A DNA stretch of 44,361 nucleotides. Source: Alphaproteobacteria bacterium. GTDB lineage: Bacteria > Pseudomonadota > Alphaproteobacteria > CAAHEQ01 > UBA3637. The notes under the pieces are model-generated. The model saw only the letters and a program-made list of their open reading frames with translations. It was not told where the DNA came from and searched no databases. Position numbers and translations under genes: made by a program. The first letter of the stretch is position 1; each line of letters starts with the position of its first letter. Below are positions 37,495 through 44,361 of the stretch, in pieces. The stretch covers positions 1 through 44,361 of the forward strand of contig JBJEXE010000025.1 of NCBI GenBank assembly GCA_051885475.1. The letters run 5' to 3'.

Positions 37495-38829
37495 ATGTTC
37501 AATAAACCCATTTTACCCAATTTTTTAGGTGGCAATAAACTTCAGACGCCAGCATCAACTGTGCCACCAGCGCGTCCGCCAATGAGGCCCACGCCCAGTA
37601 TGGAAACTCAAGAAACACCAAAAGATGCGGTCCAAGCAGAGCCTCTGCCTACAAAAGAGGAAAGTGTCGCCCCCGTGGCAAGCACCCCTGTTATGCCCCC
37701 CAAAAAGAAAGAAGAAGTTGTTTCTGAGGGGACAACTCCCGTTACAAACGTCCCCCCAAAAGCGGAAACGACAGCCCCTTCGGCAACTGCAACGGTCACG
37801 GCCACGCCAGAAAAAAAACGTGTCTTTTCCAATCAGCCTGATCAACCAACAGATGCTGATGGCGTCGTCAGAGGGCCCAACTTGCACGACACGCGTTTTG
37901 CGGATATTTGGTTTACCCCCGAAAATACCGCCTATGTGCGTGATGTACGCACACGTTTTGCATTGACCCCCATTGAAACGCCGGATTTACCGGATTTTCG
38001 TCAGGCTTTGGAACAAGGCTTTACTGGCGCTTCCAGCTATGCCATTAAATTTGCTGGGGATTCCTACCGTGTGGAACGCGTGATGACCAATGACGGAGTG
38101 CAATTTAACTGCCGTAAAATGCCGACAGAAACACCCGAAATTGAATCTTTGGGGTTTGCCGCCCCCATTGTGAAACATCTGTCTTCATTGGGCCGTTCAG
38201 CCGGATTGTTGTTATTTGCCGGGCCAACAGGACAAGGAAAAACGACCTCTGCTTCGGCCATTATGAAACGCTTTTTGGACACAGACGGAGGCTTTTTATA
38301 CACCATTGAAGACCCACCAGAAATGCCCTTGGGTGGTCTTTATCACGCCAAAAACGGAGGCCTTGGATTATGTAAACAAACAGCCGTTGAAAATGATCAA
38401 TGGGGTGCCTGTCTGCGGTCGGCCTTGCGTTCCAAACCACGTTATATTTTGGTGGGGGAAATTCGGACGCCGGAAACAGCCAGTATGTGTTTGGTGGCTG
38501 CAACATCAGGCCACTTGGTGCTGTCCACCATTCACGCCAACGGTGTAGAAGATGCTTTGAATTCTTTGATTAAATATGCGGCCTCCACCGGTTTGGCGGA
38601 AAGTTTGGTATCCGATTTGTTAGCACGCGGTATTTTGGGCGTCATCTATCAACGTTTGGAAGGGGTGGAAACATTGAAGCTGCACTATAAAACGGCTTTT
38701 GCAAATCCCAACACCGCCGCCGCAGACCAAATGCGTATGGCTATCCGCGATGGCAGCGTCAATTTGGCCACCTTTATGGAAACACAAGAAACCCGTATGA
38801 ATCGCGGGATGCCGATGTTCAAGGAATAA
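37495..38829 (+). CDS. PilT/GspE-family type II/IV secretion ATPase with a long Pro/Thr/Lys-rich N-terminal extension
   Basis: Walker A GPTGQGKTT, Asp box TIEDPPE, Walker B ILVGEIRT, His box SGHLVLSTIHANG. Residues 1 to ~115 are low complexity (PPARPPMRPTP, PPKKKEE, PPKAETTAPSATATVTATPEKK). Strong AGGAGG SD. Confidence 0.8.
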   Translation: MFNKPILPNFLGGNKLQTPASTVPPARPPMRPTPSMETQETPKDAVQAEPLPTKEESVAPVASTPVMPPKKKEEVVSEGTTPVTNVPPKAETTAPSATATVTATPEKKRVFSNQPDQPTDADGVVRGPNLHDTRFADIWFTPENTAYVRDVRTRFALTPIETPDLPDFRQALEQGFTGASSYAIKFAGDSYRVERVMTNDGVQFNCRKMPTETPEIESLGFAAPIVKHLSSLGRSAGLLLFAGPTGQGKTTSASAIMKRFLDTDGGFLYTIEDPPEMPLGGLYHAKNGGLGLCKQTAVENDQWGACLRSALRSKPRYILVGEIRTPETASMCLVAATSGHLVLSTIHANGVEDALNSLIKYAASTGLAESLVSDLLARGILGVIYQRLEGVETLKLHYKTAFANPNTAAADQMRMAIRDGSVNLATFMETQETRMNRGMPMFKE

Positions 38830-39579
38830 TTATTTCCTGAAAACTTTATTGGCTTCTATGACAGCCTGCAGGACCGGATGAATGGGAGTTCCTTTTGTGT
38901 ATTCGGTAAAGGCATTCACATCCTTTGGAAAACATTTGCCACCATATCCGAATTTGCCATCCGGCCCGGGGACATGAGAATGTGTCGGGGCAATATAACC
39001 GCTCAACAGCAACCCTTGACGCACTTTTTCATAGTCAGCCCCTTCCCTTTGGCATACATCATAAATACCGTTAAAGTAAGTGACGGCGACTGCCCCGAAA
39101 ACATTATGGGCATACTTGGTAAGTTCCGCTTCCAGATTGGACATATAAAGCCGTTTTTTCGTTGCAAAAATCACATCTAATATCTCTTGCTCGCCCGTAA
39201 TCACAACGTCTTGAGAACAAAAGTCTTGATAGGCTGTGCGTTCGGTTAAAAACTCGGGCATAAAATAAACGGGACGCCCCAATTCCTGCGTCAACTTATT
39301 CGTCGTTCCAGGCAACAAAGTCGTCCGAATAAAAATGGAGGCCATCGGTAAACCCTGAATAATTTCTTTTAAAAGCGTTAAATCCTGAGTGCCATCAGCC
39401 TCCGTCGGAATATGAATACCAATAAAAAACACGTTGCATCCCGCTAAATCATCATTGATTCCCTTTGGGGGATCAGAAACGGCCTGCTGACATTTTGTGT
39501 ATTCCTTCAGCCAACGACTGAATGTAGAACCGATGACACCATAACCGATAATGCCGACTTTAATTTGTTCCTGCTTCAT
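38830..39579 (-). CDS. Truncated UDP-glucose/GDP-mannose dehydrogenase family protein (NAD-binding and catalytic central part only)
   Basis: Rossmann GIIGYGVIGS, PEFLTERTA and the catalytic-Cys motif GGKCFPKD. The protein ends about 25 aa after this motif, so the usual C-terminal UDP-binding domain is absent (249 aa). Confidence 0.72.
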   Translation of the reverse strand: MKQEQIKVGIIGYGVIGSTFSRWLKEYTKCQQAVSDPPKGINDDLAGCNVFFIGIHIPTEADGTQDLTLLKEIIQGLPMASIFIRTTLLPGTTNKLTQELGRPVYFMPEFLTERTAYQDFCSQDVVITGEQEILDVIFATKKRLYMSNLEAELTKYAHNVFGAVAVTYFNGIYDVCQREGADYEKVRQGLLLSGYIAPTHSHVPGPDGKFGYGGKCFPKDVNAFTEYTKGTPIHPVLQAVIEANKVFRK

Positions 39580-39916
39580 CTTGAACTCCTTTCGTTTGTG
39601 TGACGGGTAAAGGTTTACGCACCGGATTATACCTGCTTTCCAATGTCTGTTTAATTTCTTGGAACATCGGGCTTAGATAGGGAACGTTCATACTGACCAC
39701 CACGCTGATGATTTTAAAGATAATCGCAATCACCAACGTCGCACCAACGGTCAATCCCACACCGCGCGAAATACCGGCCACCAAATTCAGCCAAATCAGA
39801 CGCGACGTCTTATTCAGGTTTGTCACATAATCCCCAAAGCGCATCCGCTCCAAACGGTCTGCCAACTTTTCCAGTTGGGTAATTTTTTCTTTTTTGGTTA
39901 ATTTTTCTTGTTTCAT
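39560..39916 (-). CDS. DUF5665-like small membrane protein
   Basis: LERMRFGDYVTNLNKTSRLIWLNLVAGISRGVGLTVGATLVIAII matches my recollection of the DUF5665 core. ATGA overlap with the glycosyltransferase stop. Start chosen at MKQEKLTKK (39916..39914). Confidence 0.6.
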   Translation of the reverse strand: MKQEKLTKKEKITQLEKLADRLERMRFGDYVTNLNKTSRLIWLNLVAGISRGVGLTVGATLVIAIIFKIISVVVSMNVPYLSPMFQEIKQTLESRYNPVRKPLPVTQTKGVQDEAGTN

Positions 39917-41046
39917 TTTAATATCTCCTGATATAACTCTAATGTTTTTTGGCACATTTTTTGAATGGAAAAGCACTCTTCTATCCTTTCGCGAGCTGCT
40001 TCTTCCATCTTTTTTTTCTGAGAAGAATTCATTTCCAACACCTGATCCAACTTTTGTGCCAAACTGTCCGTATCCGAAACGGGAATCAAAAAGCCCGTTT
40101 TTTGATCCTGAATAATTTCCGTCGGCCCTCCGTGATTAAAAGCAATCACAATTTTTTTCATTGCATTGGCTTCGGCAATTGTCCGGCCAAAAGTTTCAGG
40201 AATAACTGAAGCAGAAACAACCACATCCGATAACATATAAACCAATGGGATTTCCAAGGCCGAGGCCGAAAGCGTGCGAACGGTAATTGTTCCGGGAAGT
40301 TTGGCAATTTCATCTTTTAATAATTGTTCATATTCGGGGTTTGCTTTACCACCCACCAACAAACAGGTAAGCTCTTGATGGCGCATTTTTGAAAGCGCTT
40401 CCAACAATAAATTCTGTCCTTTCATTTTAGACAGACGCCCCACCAAAGTAATTACCGGCTTATCCAAGGGAATTTGTTTTTTTTGGGCAAACTCTTCCGC
40501 TTTATCAAAAGGAATATAATCCGGATTAAACCGTTTTAAATCAGCACCGCGATAAATCACATGAATTTTGTTTTCCGGATAATGATAAACGGCCATCAAA
40601 TGTTTTTTCACAGATTCAGAAACTGCAATGGTGCATAGCCCCTGCAACATCACCCGATTATAGAGCTTTTTAAGGACCGGTTGAATTCCATACATCCCGT
40701 GATAAGAAGAAATAAAAGGAATCCCTGTTTTTTGGCTGGCCCACTTCACGCTCCAAGCAGGAGCCCGCGAACGAACGTGCATCAAAGCCACATCATTTTC
40801 ACGCACAATCTGCGCCAGTTTTTTAGAATTCAACCACATCCTGAAAGGATTCTTACTGTGCAGCGGTAATTGAATATGCTTGACACCGATTTTATCCAAC
40901 TGGGCAACCATTTCACCCCCATTGGAAACCACCAAATTAGGGATACCTGCTTTTTGTAAAGCCGATGCAATTTCAATGGTTCCTGTTTCAACACCGCCTT
41001 GTTTCAAAGAAGGTAAAATTTGAAGAATTGTTTGAGTCATTGACAC
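39913..41046 (-). CDS. GT4-family (GT-B fold) glycosyltransferase
   Basis: N-terminal PSLKQGGVETGT. C-terminal E-x7-E-like region (SVIPETFGRTIAEANAMKKIVIAFNHGGPTEII). Confidence 0.85.
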   Translation of the reverse strand: MSMTQTILQILPSLKQGGVETGTIEIASALQKAGIPNLVVSNGGEMVAQLDKIGVKHIQLPLHSKNPFRMWLNSKKLAQIVRENDVALMHVRSRAPAWSVKWASQKTGIPFISSYHGMYGIQPVLKKLYNRVMLQGLCTIAVSESVKKHLMAVYHYPENKIHVIYRGADLKRFNPDYIPFDKAEEFAQKKQIPLDKPVITLVGRLSKMKGQNLLLEALSKMRHQELTCLLVGGKANPEYEQLLKDEIAKLPGTITVRTLSASALEIPLVYMLSDVVVSASVIPETFGRTIAEANAMKKIVIAFNHGGPTEIIQDQKTGFLIPVSDTDSLAQKLDQVLEMNSSQKKKMEEAARERIEECFSIQKMCQKTLELYQEILK

Positions 41047-41052
41047 CTCCTG

Positions 41053-41457
41053 TTATTGTGGAAAAACCTGATAATTGACCCGATTAGGAATGCGTTGCGT
41101 ATAATGACGGCGTTCCATACATTTTTGATAATCGTCATAATCCACCGACCAATCCGCATGGGCATAATTGACATTGACAGGCTGAGCCCCGGGATAAGGT
41201 ACAAAATTTCCCCACACCCCATTTTCAGCATCATTATCAAAACGCAAATTCAACTTTTCGGATTGCCACGGCAAATTCGGCCATTCAAAGGGCCAACTGT
41301 CCGCTTCCAACATACATTCACGATGGTCTTTGGCAAACCAAGCCACCCCTGTATTCGGGCGTTCCCAATAAAACAGTTTTTGACCTTGACGGTCATCCCC
41401 TTGAACAAACCAGCATCCCCCCAATAAAAATAAACTCAACAAGAAAAAAGGCTTCAT
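41053..41457 (-). CDS. Trp-rich hypothetical lipoprotein
   Basis: Lipobox LFLLGGC after MKPFFLLS. Strong AGGAGG SD. No family recognised. Confidence 0.6.
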   Translation of the reverse strand: MKPFFLLSLFLLGGCWFVQGDDRQGQKLFYWERPNTGVAWFAKDHRECMLEADSWPFEWPNLPWQSEKLNLRFDNDAENGVWGNFVPYPGAQPVNVNYAHADWSVDYDDYQKCMERRHYTQRIPNRVNYQVFPQ

Positions 41458-41466
41458 TCTTCCTCC

Positions 41467-42144
41467 TTAAAAATCCAAATCCGCATAATGTTCCGAAGGC
41501 TGTATTCCCGCCACGCTGTCCGACAAAAGCGGCGCAAAAGTCGGACGCGATTTCATCTTGGCATACCATGTCGCCGCCTCTTGCAATTTTCCCCAATCCA
41601 ATTCTCCCAAATAATCCAAAACAGATAAGTGGGCTGCGGCCGCCAAATCAGCAAACGAAAGAGAACGCCCGCCCAAGTAAGCTCTGCGTCCGGCCAACCA
41701 ATCCACATATTTCAAATACTTGGCCAAATTATCCCGCCCCACACGAATCACATTAGAGCTGGGGGTTTCCTTTGTCTGAATCACTTTGATGACGCGTTCC
41801 AACAAAATCGGATACACTGCATCCCGATAAAAAGCACCGTCAAACCATTCCGTCAAACGACGAATTTCAGCCCGTCCACGGGGTGTTTCCCCCAATAAGT
41901 TTGGAGCTGATTTGATTTCATTTAAATATTCACAAATGGCATTCACCCCCGATAACGAATGCCCATCCGGTTCCACCAAAAGCGGAATCGTTCCTAAAGG
42001 ATTTTTTTCCAAAAAGGCCGGACGCCTTTCCCACGTTTTTTCCAAAATAAGACCAACGGGAATTCCTTTTTCCAAAAGAGTCAAACGCACACGACGACAA
42101 TATGGGTCCAAAGGATAGTGATACAAAATAGCCCTATCTGTCAT
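41467..42144 (-). CDS. Glutathione S-transferase family protein
   Basis: Thioredoxin-like N-domain (LYHYPLDPYCRRVRLTL..., GTIPLLVE) and a helical C-domain (FADLAAAAHLSVLDY). Confidence 0.8.
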   Translation of the reverse strand: MTDRAILYHYPLDPYCRRVRLTLLEKGIPVGLILEKTWERRPAFLEKNPLGTIPLLVEPDGHSLSGVNAICEYLNEIKSAPNLLGETPRGRAEIRRLTEWFDGAFYRDAVYPILLERVIKVIQTKETPSSNVIRVGRDNLAKYLKYVDWLAGRRAYLGGRSLSFADLAAAAHLSVLDYLGELDWGKLQEAATWYAKMKSRPTFAPLLSDSVAGIQPSEHYADLDF

Positions 42145-43285
42145 TTTTCCCCCTTTCTGCCATTTTAATCAAACAATCAGCAACTTTTTCAGAAGGCGAT
42201 TCTTTCCCTTTTAGACCTAACTTTTGAAGACTGGGAAGGGTATCTTGATGCGCCCCAAATAACTTTTGAGCCGTTTGAAGCAATTTTTCGGGTGTACAAT
42301 TTTCTTGCAATAATTCCGGAATCACTTCTTTATCTTGTAATAAATTGACAAGGTTGACATATTTGATTTTCAAAATCCGACGTGCCAAAGCAGCCGTTAA
42401 AGCGTTCAAACGATAGGCAATTAAATGCGGGACCTTTGCCATTGCCAGCTCAAGGCTGACGGTCCCACTGGCCGCAATCGCAATATCAGCCGCTGCAAAA
42501 GCATCATAGCGCGCCTTTTCCCCCAAAATAACAGCATGTGGAAGACGCCAACCTTTCAGGCTATTGATAATTTTATCGGCCACGGTTTGGACGCTGGGAA
42601 GAGCCACAAAAAGCCCGGGATGGCTTTCGGCCAATTTTTCAGCCACCTGCATAAACACGGGAAGAAGCGCTTTGATTTCATTTTTACGGGATCCGGGAAG
42701 CATCACCAAAACAGGTGTTTTTTCATCCAATCCATACCGAGCGCGAAAGCGGGCAGCCTCGCCTTTATCTGCCCCCCCCTCTATCACGGGATGTCCGACA
42801 AAAGTGGTCGGAAGTCCGTAGGGGGTAAAATACCCCGGCTCATCGGGCAACAGGCAAAACAAGTGGTCCACCCATTTAGGCAAAATCTTGGTGCGTCCCT
42901 TGTTCCAAGCCCAAACTTGAGGGGCCACATAATGCGCGTGCGGAATATCAATTTTATTTTTTTTAAGCAATTGATGCACACGGATGGAAAAAGAATATGA
43001 ATCTATCGTTAAAATCACATCCGGCTGAATTTGCCGAATATCCGCGATAATGTGGTGCAGATGGCGTAAAATTTTGGGAACGGAGGGAATGACCTCCATC
43101 AATCCCATTACAGAGAGATCCTTGATATCAAACAGGCTGTTCAAACCTTCCGCCTGCATTGTTTCACCGCCCACACCATAAAAAGCAACGTCCCCCCGCG
43201 TTTGGTGTTTTAAAGCACGCATTAAACGGGACCCCAATAAATCCCCAGAGGCTTCCCCCGCCACCAAATAAATTTTGAGTGTCAC
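42134..43285 (-). CDS. lpxB: Lipid-A-disaccharide synthase
   Basis: IYLVAGEASGDLLGSRLM N-terminus, YVAPQVWAW and ASGTVSLELA blocks. Confidence 0.9.
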   Translation of the reverse strand: MTLKIYLVAGEASGDLLGSRLMRALKHQTRGDVAFYGVGGETMQAEGLNSLFDIKDLSVMGLMEVIPSVPKILRHLHHIIADIRQIQPDVILTIDSYSFSIRVHQLLKKNKIDIPHAHYVAPQVWAWNKGRTKILPKWVDHLFCLLPDEPGYFTPYGLPTTFVGHPVIEGGADKGEAARFRARYGLDEKTPVLVMLPGSRKNEIKALLPVFMQVAEKLAESHPGLFVALPSVQTVADKIINSLKGWRLPHAVILGEKARYDAFAAADIAIAASGTVSLELAMAKVPHLIAYRLNALTAALARRILKIKYVNLVNLLQDKEVIPELLQENCTPEKLLQTAQKLFGAHQDTLPSLQKLGLKGKESPSEKVADCLIKMAERGKNDR

Positions 43286-44094
43286 GCCTTAACCCCCACA
43301 ATAAAAATACCCAACTGATTGGCCAATTTCACCGTTTGTTCGGATTGACTGATTAAAACAGCCCCAGCTTCAACAGCAATGCCAACAAAGCCTGCATTTT
43401 TAACAGCCTGAACCGTCGCGGGCCCAATCGTTGGTAAGTCCATACGCCGGTCCTGTTGCGGTTTAGAAACCTTCACCAAAACACCTCCGCCCCCTTTACG
43501 CTTTAAATCAGCAGAACGACGAATCAAAGCATCCGTGCCTTCAATCCCTTCCACAGCCAACACAAGCCCTTGTTGCACAATAACGGATTGCCCGACATCC
43601 GCTTTGCCCAATAATTTAGCCACTTCTATGCCGCGACGGATATCCGCTTGTTCAGGGGGACGAGGCATTTCACGTGTATAAACACCCCCCGTTGCCAAAA
43701 GGTGCGGTAAAATTTCATCAATTCCGACAACCTTAAATCCTTCCCCTTCAATTTCCCGGGCGATAGCGCGCAGCAGGCTGTCATCCCCGGATTTTCTTTT
43801 TAATCGGGCAATCGCTTTCATGCCGCGCAAATCAGGAAAAAGTCCCACAAAAGAAGGACGTTTGACGGCACCAATCATCACAACTTCTTCCACACCGTTT
43901 TTCTTCATCAAGCGAAAACCTTTACCGACCGCGCCCAGACGAATCCAACCTTGGGGCAAGGCTTTATCGTATTCTTGGGGATTAGCTTGCCCTTTTAGGC
44001 CCAGCAAAAAAAAGGGCCTTTTCATGCGTTCACACGCTTCAATTAAAGCGTGTGGTAAAGCGCCAGAACCAGCGATAATCCCTAATTTTTTCAT
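43282..44094 (-). CDS. lpxI: UDP-2,3-diacylglucosamine hydrolase LpxI (DUF1009)
   Basis: LGIIAGSGALP N-terminus, GQSVIVQQGLVLAVEGIEGTDALIRR and DLPTIGPATV blocks. Located between lpxA and lpxB. Start chosen at MKKLGII (44094..44092, ATGA overlap with lpxA). Confidence 0.85.
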   Translation of the reverse strand: MKKLGIIAGSGALPHALIEACERMKRPFFLLGLKGQANPQEYDKALPQGWIRLGAVGKGFRLMKKNGVEEVVMIGAVKRPSFVGLFPDLRGMKAIARLKRKSGDDSLLRAIAREIEGEGFKVVGIDEILPHLLATGGVYTREMPRPPEQADIRRGIEVAKLLGKADVGQSVIVQQGLVLAVEGIEGTDALIRRSADLKRKGGGGVLVKVSKPQQDRRMDLPTIGPATVQAVKNAGFVGIAVEAGAVLISQSEQTVKLANQLGIFIVGVKA

Positions 44095-44361
44095 CTTTTT
44101 TTCTCCGGTTGCATAATGCCATTTTTGGAAGGATTTTGACAAAAGGTAATCACTTTGTCAATCAAAGGATGCCCCGCATATTCTGAAGCCACTTTTTCCA
44201 AGCGTTCAGAAAAAACACCCTCGCCCATAAAAAGTTCCTTATAAGCCTTGGAAAGTTCCATCACCCATTTTTTATCCACACCGGCACGCTGTAAGCCCAC
44301 CAAATTAAGGCCGGCCAAACCATCGCGCATTACAATGCCAAAGGGAATCACATCCCGTCCG
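44091..44361 (-). CDS. lpxA: UDP-N-acetylglucosamine acyltransferase, C-terminal part only (5' end beyond the window)
   Basis: ...GLNLVGLQRAGVDKKWVMELSKAYKELF...SERLEKVASEY... is the helical C-terminal domain pattern of LpxA. Followed by lpxI and lpxB. Confidence 0.8.
   Translation of the reverse strand, partial: GRDVIPFGIVMRDGLAGLNLVGLQRAGVDKKWVMELSKAYKELFMGEGVFSERLEKVASEYAGHPLIDKVITFCQNPSKNGIMQPEKKR

Noticed and set aside
37555-37966. Several ORFs on both strands overlapping the 5' part of the PilT-like gene
   Set aside because: They arise from the GC/proline-rich low-complexity region. The sense frame continues seamlessly into the ATPase core.
1-44361. CRISPR arrays, IS elements or transposases, rRNA genes, toxin-antitoxin or recognisable defence genes
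   Set aside because: I looked through all intergenic spaces and small ORFs. No regularly spaced direct repeats, transposase/integrase motifs or nuclease/defence-type domains were seen.

Overview
The window reads as a compact, fairly AT-rich Gram-negative chromosome segment, most likely alphaproteobacterial. That assignment is an inference from three things: lpxA-lpxI-lpxB (LpxI replacing LpxH), the miaB-phoH-ybeY-corC string, and a zinc-ribbon/DUF3426 gene divergent from ftsEX. Most of it is housekeeping or envelope genes, tightly packed with many ATGA/TAATG overlaps: corC(partial), ybeY, phoH, miaB, ftsEX, DUF218, plsC, anmK, bamD, recN, map, radC, lepA, an AsmA/YhdP-like giant, PiT plus DUF47, prfB (classic +1 frameshift site seen directly), mrcA, murA, rnd, a short cca-like gene, galU-like, pgeF, DUF2062, lgt, tRNA-Arg(CCG), mfd, GST, lpxB, lpxI and lpxA(partial). 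Several things do not look like plain core genome. (1) Two paralogous pilin-like proteins share an atypical class-III signal, ESG|R[ST]M[LV]EMLGVLAIMG, with Glu at +5 and Arg at +1, and have Cys-rich C-termini. The larger one ends in a C-type-lectin/DUF1566-like module. (2) That larger gene sits in a small islet between tRNA-Arg and mfd. It is preceded by a long structured leader and bracketed by inverted copies of a ~50-nt hairpin-containing repeat, with a third copy forming a head-to-head doublet. This could be a REPIN-like element or an invertible switch. (3) An orphan PilT/GspE-type ATPase carries a ~115-aa Pro/Thr/Lys-rich N-terminal extension. (4) A chlamydia-type pyruvoyl arginine decarboxylase plus ArcD-family antiporter form an AaxB/AaxC-like pair. 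(5) An operon of lipoprotein, GT4, DUF5665 and a truncated UDP-sugar dehydrogenase lies downstream of the lipid A genes. No CRISPR array, transposase, integrase or recognisable defence gene was seen. All calls come from reading the translations and sequence by eye; no database search was run.
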